Part shown: positions 59,201-64,000 of the stretch, one piece after another
Position numbering within the stretch: the stretch's first letter is position 1
Layout of the letters: the number at the start of each line of letters is the position of its first letter
Assembly: GCA_965248055.1 (NCBI GenBank)
Contig: CBDFIJ010000004.1
Location: 1,184,001 to 1,248,000, forward strand
Direction: 5' to 3'
Length of the DNA: 64,000 nt
From: Candidatus Multivoradales bacterium
Lineage (GTDB): Bacteria > Acidobacteriota > Thermoanaerobaculia > Multivoradales > JAHEKO01
The notes under the pieces: generated by a model
Seen by the model: only the letters and a program-made list of their open reading frames with translations
What the model was told of the DNA's origin: nothing
Database searches by the model: none
Translations under genes and position numbers: made by a program

Positions 59201-59807
59201 CCGCACAGGCGGAGTTCGCGGCCACGTTCGCCGTTCCAGGTGTGGCACAGCGTAAAGACAGATCAACATTATTAACATCGGTATCGACGCCATCGGGAAA
59301 GCGCGAGATTCCAACCAGCTCGGTGGTCGATAAATCGGTGAGACCGGCGCCCGACCCTTCGGTGTATCCCCCGCCGGTGTCCCCTTCGTAGCTCACGCTG
59401 TCCACGACCGCTCCTCCGAACAGCAATGCCACAGCGTCTGGAGCACCGTTTTGAATCAGGTTGGTATTCGGAGAAACATCAAGATCGCAATTGTCGGTAT
59501 TCGCTGCATTGGCACAGACGACAAAATAGTCACCGGCGGCAAGTGTCACATTTGGCAAAACAACCGTTTTGTAAACGACCGAACCGCCGCCAGAGCCATT
59601 CACCAATTCAAGGCTGTAGCCATCAAGACTCAGAGAACTCGCATCGATATTCTTGATCTCGATGAACTCCGAAGCGTCGGTACTTGGCTGATCGTAGTCA
59701 ATTTCGTTGATCACCAAGTCCGCAGCCGCCGGAGAGGCGAACGCGGCCAGGACAACAAAAATCAAACTTGAAATCGCTACCCAGGATCGAATGCTACTTC
59801 TAGACAT
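56202..59807 (-). CDS. Extracellular ExeM/NucH-like nuclease: three lamin-tail domains + OB + endonuclease/exonuclease/phosphatase domain
   Basis: Three LVINE(I/V)DYDQ..TDA.EF.EI repeats; IFEIQG, GFFMQ, VQEVE, GDFN, IDHML, ADHD. Confidence 0.9.
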   Translation of the reverse strand: MSRSSIRSWVAISSLIFVVLAAFASPAAADLVINEIDYDQPSTDASEFIEIKNIDASSLSLDGYSLELVNGSGGGSVVYKTVVLPNVTLAAGDYFVVCANAANTDNCDLDVSPNTNLIQNGAPDAVALLFGGAVVDSVSYEGDTGGGYTEGSGAGLTDLSTTELVGISRFPDGVDTDVNNVDLSLRCATPGTANVAANSACAATGPPTLVINEIDYDQAGTDAAEFVEIVNTGTSAVSLDGVDLELVNGTGGGATVYNTIALPAVNLPAGGYFVVCGDAAQVTLCDLDASPNTNLIQNGAPDGAALVAGGLILDAVSYEGDTGAPYTEGSGVGLEDFSSIDLSGISRFPDSVDSDVNNVDFSQRCATPGLPNSSATSGCASAGPPELVINEVDYDQPSTDAAEFVEIYNPTAASVGLLGVELVMANGSTGAEYRSFALPDVQLAAGDYYVVCANAANTPECDLDVSPDTNLIQNGSPDAVALAFGSLILDAVSYEGEVAAPYAEGTGAPADSSGTQLLGLSRLPDGNDTDDNSTDFSLQCVTPGEANSSSDTNCVLGPPLPFEIFEIQGSGLASPVANSPVSTMQNVVTAIAPDGFFMQTPEVRTDGDPVTSDGIFVFTSVAPAVAVGDLVDVTGAVQEFFDFTELSGAVNVVVTSSGAALPTPVVVDPSPNQPQPDTELERFEGMLVIFDGVATAPSDRFGDVAVVAGPNRAFREPGIEYPGLIGLPVWDGNPEIFEFDPDGLTLADTDVFGGQSVIAEGALGFSFGDYQVWPTSYALGTPPVLPLVTRDRAAGEMTIATQNLQRFFDDIDDPLVDDEVVDTLEYQGRLDKISTWVREVLNAPDVLVVQEVEGLAVLDDLTARIASDQPGLVYTAWLLEGNDVGGIDVGYLTRNDRILVSDVAQFGENTIFTFDNSLLNDRPPLILEATYIGDGAFFDFTVIGVHQRSLGGIEGSQATRVRLKRFEQARDLSEFIQLRQTNDSLTPLIVTGDFNAFEFTDGYVDVVGQISGNLDPLGDEAATYDAVNPDLRNEILSLPAEQRYSFNFRGSSQAIDHMLTSEVTHPRVVDVAYARGNVDAPGGLLLDFGSNLRIADHDGLVLYLQSFLDDDGDGVGNDDDLCPDTENPEAVPTQGLKPNHYALTDGDNVFDTLGGSSTFTTEDTAGCSCDQIIDALDLGNGQRKFGCSQGTMEDWIEQIGG

Positions 59808-60082
59808 ATTCCCCTACCTCCTAGTCAGTCCGTGATGGTGCTTCCGCCAGTTGAAGCACGACTATATAGCGAAGACCGAAGATGACGGTGTCACCGACGT
59901 CACAGTTCCCTTAGAGCCACTTCACAGGAATTCTTGCCAGAGTGCCTTTTCGCAGGTGCGCTGGTACTGGGCGCGGCGTTTCGCAACAGACCTGGCCGAA
60001 ACGTACGACGCAAAGACTCCAACAGATCAGGCTTTTGTAACCAGCGGAAGGCCGCGGCAAGCTCGAACGAGCGACCGTTTGA

Positions 60083-61633
60083 CTACGATTCAGACTGCGG
60101 GGGGTTGATCGCCTCAACCTCGGCTCTGGAGCCCTGCACCGCAGTGCGCTGCAGATAGTGGTCGAGACCTCGCAGACCACCGAGCTCTTCTCCACCGCCA
60201 GCGCGTCCTGGGCCACCGTGCATAGCCTGGGGCATCGCGGCACCGGAACCCATCGCAGCAGGGGCTGATGCAGCCGACCCCAAATATACTCTTCCGGTCG
60301 CGTGCCCTACCTCGCCAACCAACGCTCGCTGCCATTCGCCATCGTCAGAGTAGGCGGAGGTAACCAAGGTTCCGCCACCTAGAGCAACGACCTCAGCAGC
60401 CGATTCGGCCGTGCCATCGTAAGTCATCAGCGTCGCTGCCGGACCGAAGACTTCGCGTTGATGAACCACGGTGGCATCACCTGCCGCACCGCAACGCAAC
60501 AACGTCGGGGCAACAAAGAAACCAGCTTCGGGAGCAGAACCTTGGTACACCACTTCGGCGTCCAGGGCTTCGATCCCCTCGAGGGCGTCTGCCTTTTGTC
60601 CGGCGGTGGCTAACGGTCCCATCTTGACGCCATCGTCCGCCGGATCTCCGGTGACGGTGCGCTCCAAGCGGCTAATCAAGTCTTCTTGCACCGTATCCAC
60701 GCGATCCCCCGGGACCACAATGCGTCGGATGGCAGTACATTTTTGACCCGCTTTCTGGGTTATCTCTCGGCTCACCTCGCGGATAAACATCTGGTAGCTG
60801 TCCGAGCCTCGATCGACATCGGGAGCCAAGACCGCCGCATTGAGGCTATCGGCCTCAACGTTGACCCGGGCCGAAGAAGTGGTCAAATTGGGTAAAGTGC
60901 GCAGCTTCTCAGCGGTCGATGCCGAACCGGTGAAAGCGAACACGTCGTCGGCCCCCAGTCGGGCCAACAAGTCCCCAGTCGAACCACAGATGAACTGAAA
61001 GGCACCCTCGGGGAATACTCCGCTTTCCATCAAAATCTCAGCGACCCGCTCCGCCACCAGAGCGGTTGAGGTTGCCGGCTTCGAGATCGCCGGAACTCCG
61101 GCTAAGATTGAACAGGCGAGCTTCTCCAACGGCCCCCAGGCCGGGAAATTAAACGCATTGACGTGAACCGCCACGCCTCGGCGAGGCGTGAGCACGTGAC
61201 TGGCCCAAAATTCCTCGGTCTTGGCCAATTGGGCGCCATCACCGTCACTCAGAACGTTGCCGTCGCCCAGCCGCTTGCCCAGCGATCCGTAGTAGGCCAA
61301 GGCAAAGCCGCCGCCGTCGACATCGAACGAGCCGTCGGAGGGCGTTGTGCCGTTGTTGATCCGAGACAGTTCCAACAGTTCATCGCGGTGTTCACGCAGC
61401 GCCGATGAAGCCGCCTTAAGCATCGCCGCACGACCGGAGAATCCCGCCGCTCGCAAAGCAGGGCCACCGACCGAGCGGGCGTATTTGTAGACCTTGGCGA
61501 AATCGACTCCGGCGCTGGAAACCTCAGCCACCACCTGTTCGGTCGACGGATTGTGAATCGCCACTCCCTCGGAAGGGCGGTACGTTTCTCCGTAGACGAA
61601 GCTCTTCAAGACCGGCACGGATTGCGTCATCAA
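60083..61633 (-). CDS. Aldehyde dehydrogenase, 3,4-dehydroadipyl-CoA semialdehyde dehydrogenase / PaaZ-N type
   Basis: [54 protein letters not shown]; no MaoC domain. Confidence 0.9.
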   Translation of the reverse strand: MMTQSVPVLKSFVYGETYRPSEGVAIHNPSTEQVVAEVSSAGVDFAKVYKYARSVGGPALRAAGFSGRAAMLKAASSALREHRDELLELSRINNGTTPSDGSFDVDGGGFALAYYGSLGKRLGDGNVLSDGDGAQLAKTEEFWASHVLTPRRGVAVHVNAFNFPAWGPLEKLACSILAGVPAISKPATSTALVAERVAEILMESGVFPEGAFQFICGSTGDLLARLGADDVFAFTGSASTAEKLRTLPNLTTSSARVNVEADSLNAAVLAPDVDRGSDSYQMFIREVSREITQKAGQKCTAIRRIVVPGDRVDTVQEDLISRLERTVTGDPADDGVKMGPLATAGQKADALEGIEALDAEVVYQGSAPEAGFFVAPTLLRCGAAGDATVVHQREVFGPAATLMTYDGTAESAAEVVALGGGTLVTSAYSDDGEWQRALVGEVGHATGRVYLGSAASAPAAMGSGAAMPQAMHGGPGRAGGGEELGGLRGLDHYLQRTAVQGSRAEVEAINPPQSES

Positions 61634-61685
61634 AAACTCCCGTTTGCCCGATTCACTTCGGGCTCCTTCTGCGGCGAACTCGCGG

Positions 61686-62222
61686 CTATAGCCGCAGAGT
61701 CATCTTGGTCATATCGTGGGTGCCGCCTTCCGGATCGGTTCCGTAGTCGGGCGCGGTCTCAGCGTCGAATCCCAGTTCGGTCAAGGTCTCGATCGCGTCG
61801 CGCTCCAGATCAGAGACCAACATGCAGGACAGGTAGCGCAGCCCATTGTGGCGAGCGGTATCGATGAAGTGATTTACCAACAAAGTGCCCAGACCACCGC
61901 CGCGGTACTCCGGGTCGATCAACCACTTGATCCGTCCCACCAGGCGCAGAGGTCCATATTGCCTGCGATGCAAAGTGGCGTCGGCAACAATCTGGGAGCC
62001 AGAGAAAGCAAGCAAAGGGAACGTCTTGCCGTAGTCGATATTGGCCGCCCAGGAGTCAACTAGCGAACGCTGATCGATGCGATCCCAGGCGAAATCCCGT
62101 GTCTGTTCCGGAAGTCGCTGAAAAAACGCAAAGAGTGCATCCGAATCGGCTTCTTCAAAAGGTCGAATTAGAATCTTGCGACCATCACGAAGCACCGCTA
62201 GTTGAGGGTATCGACTGAGCAT
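61686..62222 (-). CDS. GNAT family N-acetyltransferase
   Basis: LRDG.KILIRP, IDPEYRGGGLGTLL, LGF. Confidence 0.85.
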   Translation of the reverse strand: MLSRYPQLAVLRDGRKILIRPFEEADSDALFAFFQRLPEQTRDFAWDRIDQRSLVDSWAANIDYGKTFPLLAFSGSQIVADATLHRRQYGPLRLVGRIKWLIDPEYRGGGLGTLLVNHFIDTARHNGLRYLSCMLVSDLERDAIETLTELGFDAETAPDYGTDPEGGTHDMTKMTLRL

Positions 62223-62321
62223 GTAGTGTCTCCTATGGTGTCCATCCGACGATTCAAACGTCGAGGTTGGAGGCCGAATATATCAGCGTCGAGAGTCAGC
62301 AAGGTGGTCTAATCTGTCGCC

Positions 62322-62654
62322 ATGTCGGCAAACTACGAACGAGTTTTCGAAGTTGTCTCACTGGTGCCAAAAGGCAAGGTAGCTACCTACGGGGATATTG
62401 CCGCGCTCGCGGGTCGACCGGGAGCACCTCGCTGGGCTGGCCAAGCATTAGCCAACCTGGAGGCAGATCGTGATATTCCCTGGTTTCGCGTGATCAACGC
62501 CCAGGGCAAAGTTAGCCTTGACGGCACCCGCGGCGAGATACAACGCCAAATCCTAGCCACCGAGGGAATCCAGTTTTCTGCTAGCGGTCGGGTCAACCTG
62601 AAGCGCTATCGGTGGCGCCCAGAGATCCGAGTTCGTAAGACTCCAGAGTCCTGA
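62322..62654 (+). CDS. Alkyltransferase-like (ATL/MGMT family) DNA-binding protein
   Basis: VPKGKVATYGDIA, PRWAGQAL, PWFRVIN (no catalytic Cys), LATEGI. Confidence 0.9.
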   Translation: MSANYERVFEVVSLVPKGKVATYGDIAALAGRPGAPRWAGQALANLEADRDIPWFRVINAQGKVSLDGTRGEIQRQILATEGIQFSASGRVNLKRYRWRPEIRVRKTPES

Positions 62655-62676
62655 CGCCCGAGGTCTGGATTCCTCA

Positions 62677-62713
62677 CCCACAGCCCACAGCCCACAGCCC
62701 ACAGCCCACAGCC
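62677..62713. repeat. (CCCACAG)x5 heptamer tandem repeat
   Basis: Five perfect copies between convergent genes. Confidence 0.9.
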
Positions 62714-62719
62714 AGAGAG

Positions 62720-63136
62720 TTAACTGCGATGCAAAGAGTCGCGGATTTCGGTCAGCAGAGTGACCTCTTCGCTCGGGCCCTTGTCGACTTCCGCTTCTTC
62801 GGCCTGCCAGCGATTGATGGTGCGCACCATCATAAATACCGCGAAAGCAACCAGAACGAAAGTGATGATGGCGTTGATCAACACCCCGTAGCCGATCACC
62901 ACGGCGCCCGACGCCCGCGCTGCGTCCAGAGTCGAGAGGTCCACTGCGTCGCCTCCTCGAAGTAATAGAAAGCGGTTGGTGAAGTCCGCACCACCGATCA
63001 ACAGGCCCAAAACTGGCATCAACACTTCGTCGACCAAGCCCTTGACGATTGGCGTAAAGGCACCGCCCAGAACAATGCCGATCGCCATATCGAGGACGTT
63101 GCCTCGCATCGCAAACTCTTTGAATTCCTTGAACAT
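62720..63136 (-). CDS. mscL: Large-conductance mechanosensitive channel
   Basis: MFKEFKEFAMRGNVLDMAIG...LLTEIRDSL. Confidence 0.97.
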   Translation of the reverse strand: MFKEFKEFAMRGNVLDMAIGIVLGGAFTPIVKGLVDEVLMPVLGLLIGGADFTNRFLLLRGGDAVDLSTLDAARASGAVVIGYGVLINAIITFVLVAFAVFMMVRTINRWQAEEAEVDKGPSEEVTLLTEIRDSLHRS

Positions 63137-63329
63137 CGTCGCCTCCTTACTTGGCTACCACCCTGCCTACGGTAATCGTCGATTTTGCGATTCACAAGTA
63201 CGCTCAATTAAGTGTTTTGCAATTATGGCAAAAAATATGTGTCACAATCGTAGTTTGAATCAGCCTTAAGGCTGGGGCTTTGGCGTGGGGCCGTAGTTCC
63301 GGTTTTTGGGGCGTAAAGGAGGTAGTGAA

Positions 63330-63578
63330 ATGAGTGGACAAAGTTTGTTGATTTTTCTTGTTATCGGTCTGATTGCGGGTTGGATTGCTGGACAGATCAT
63401 GAAGGGTCGCGGATTCGGCCTAGTTGGCAACTTGGTGGTTGGCGTCATTGGTGCTTTGTTGGGTGGCTGGCTGTCCGGCGTCCTAGGTTTGTCACTGGGC
63501 GGAATGATCGGTGAAATCCTCACCGCAGTTGTCGGTGCACTGGTCCTCTTGTTCCTTGTCGGCTTGGTCAAGAAGTAG
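63330..63578 (+). CDS. GlsB/YeaQ/YmgE family membrane protein
   Basis: IGLIAGWIAG..MKGRGFGLVGNLVVGVIGALLGG; AAGGAGG RBS. Confidence 0.92.
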   Translation: MSGQSLLIFLVIGLIAGWIAGQIMKGRGFGLVGNLVVGVIGALLGGWLSGVLGLSLGGMIGEILTAVVGALVLLFLVGLVKK

Positions 63579-63795
63579 TTACTTCACGACCAGTGACACC
63601 AAAAGCAAGCCCTCCGGCGCCGGCCGGAGCGGCTCAGCTTTTCCGCCCCAGAATTTCCCCCCTTGAACCAGACGCCGCGTTGGCGCGTATTTGCCGCATA
63701 GAAGGAGGCTCGGATCGTTGATCGTCATCGCTCGGGCCGCGGGTAGCAGCCCGCAGTAACCATGACCCCATTCATTGGAACAATAAGGAGAGGTA

Positions 63796-64000
63796 ATGAA
63801 TCTCAGTACAATCGCTCGTTACGTAGTCGGTGCAATATTTCTAATTTTCGGCGCTAATAAGTTTATCGGCTTCATGCCCATGCCGCCGTTTGAAGGTGCT
63901 GCAGGCGAGTACATGGGTGGCCTGGGCGCTGCTCCCTATTTCTTTGGCGTGCTGGGTGCAGTCGAAGTGATCGGCGGTTTGATGCTTCTGGCTGGCAAGT
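63796..64000 (+). CDS. DoxX family membrane protein (3'-truncated, not in ORF track)
   Basis: AAGGAG RBS; MNLSTIARYVVGAIFLIFGANKF...EVIGGLMLLAGK runs off the window end. Confidence 0.8.
   Translation, partial: MNLSTIARYVVGAIFLIFGANKFIGFMPMPPFEGAAGEYMGGLGAAPYFFGVLGAVEVIGGLMLLAGK

Noticed and set aside
62470-62500. MGMT-like gene lacking the catalytic Cys (PWFRV)
   Set aside because: Trp at this position defines the known ATL subfamily, so it is neither a pseudogene nor novel

Overview
A 64 kb, moderately GC-rich bacterial chromosomal segment. The gene content (TPR/FG-GAP/UnbV protein, BlaI/M56 pair, Thr-type sulfatase-like lipoprotein, DUF4412) suggests an Acidobacteriota-like diderm, but that is inference. 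About 49 coding regions can be supported, including ligA, thyA, folA, mscL, an RND efflux operon with a PsrA-like TetR, an ABC-2/XRE operon, an AlgI/AlgJ-type O-acetylation locus and an ExeM-type nuclease. No rRNA, tRNA, CRISPR array or transposase was recognised. The best candidate for an undescribed system is 14877..18483. There, a membrane-spanning leader ends in an RPPP (RAPP-class) ribosome-arrest motif, and the codons right after it form a perfect 10-nt anti-Shine-Dalgarno for the next gene. That gene is a single ORF fusing a 7-TM inner-membrane domain, an internal signal peptide and a FRAP/NPNL-type TonB-dependent receptor. Other highlights are a hidden exported UxxC selenoprotein with a SECIS-like hairpin (42484..43068), an accessory block (M64-like protease plus lipoprotein, Fic, trypsin-like protease, frameshifted HNH), two apparent pseudo-enzymes, six clusters of GTCATCC...GGATCT REP-like palindromes, and recurrent leaderless TAnnnT-N6-start promoters. 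All family calls are by-eye motif recognition; no database searches were run.
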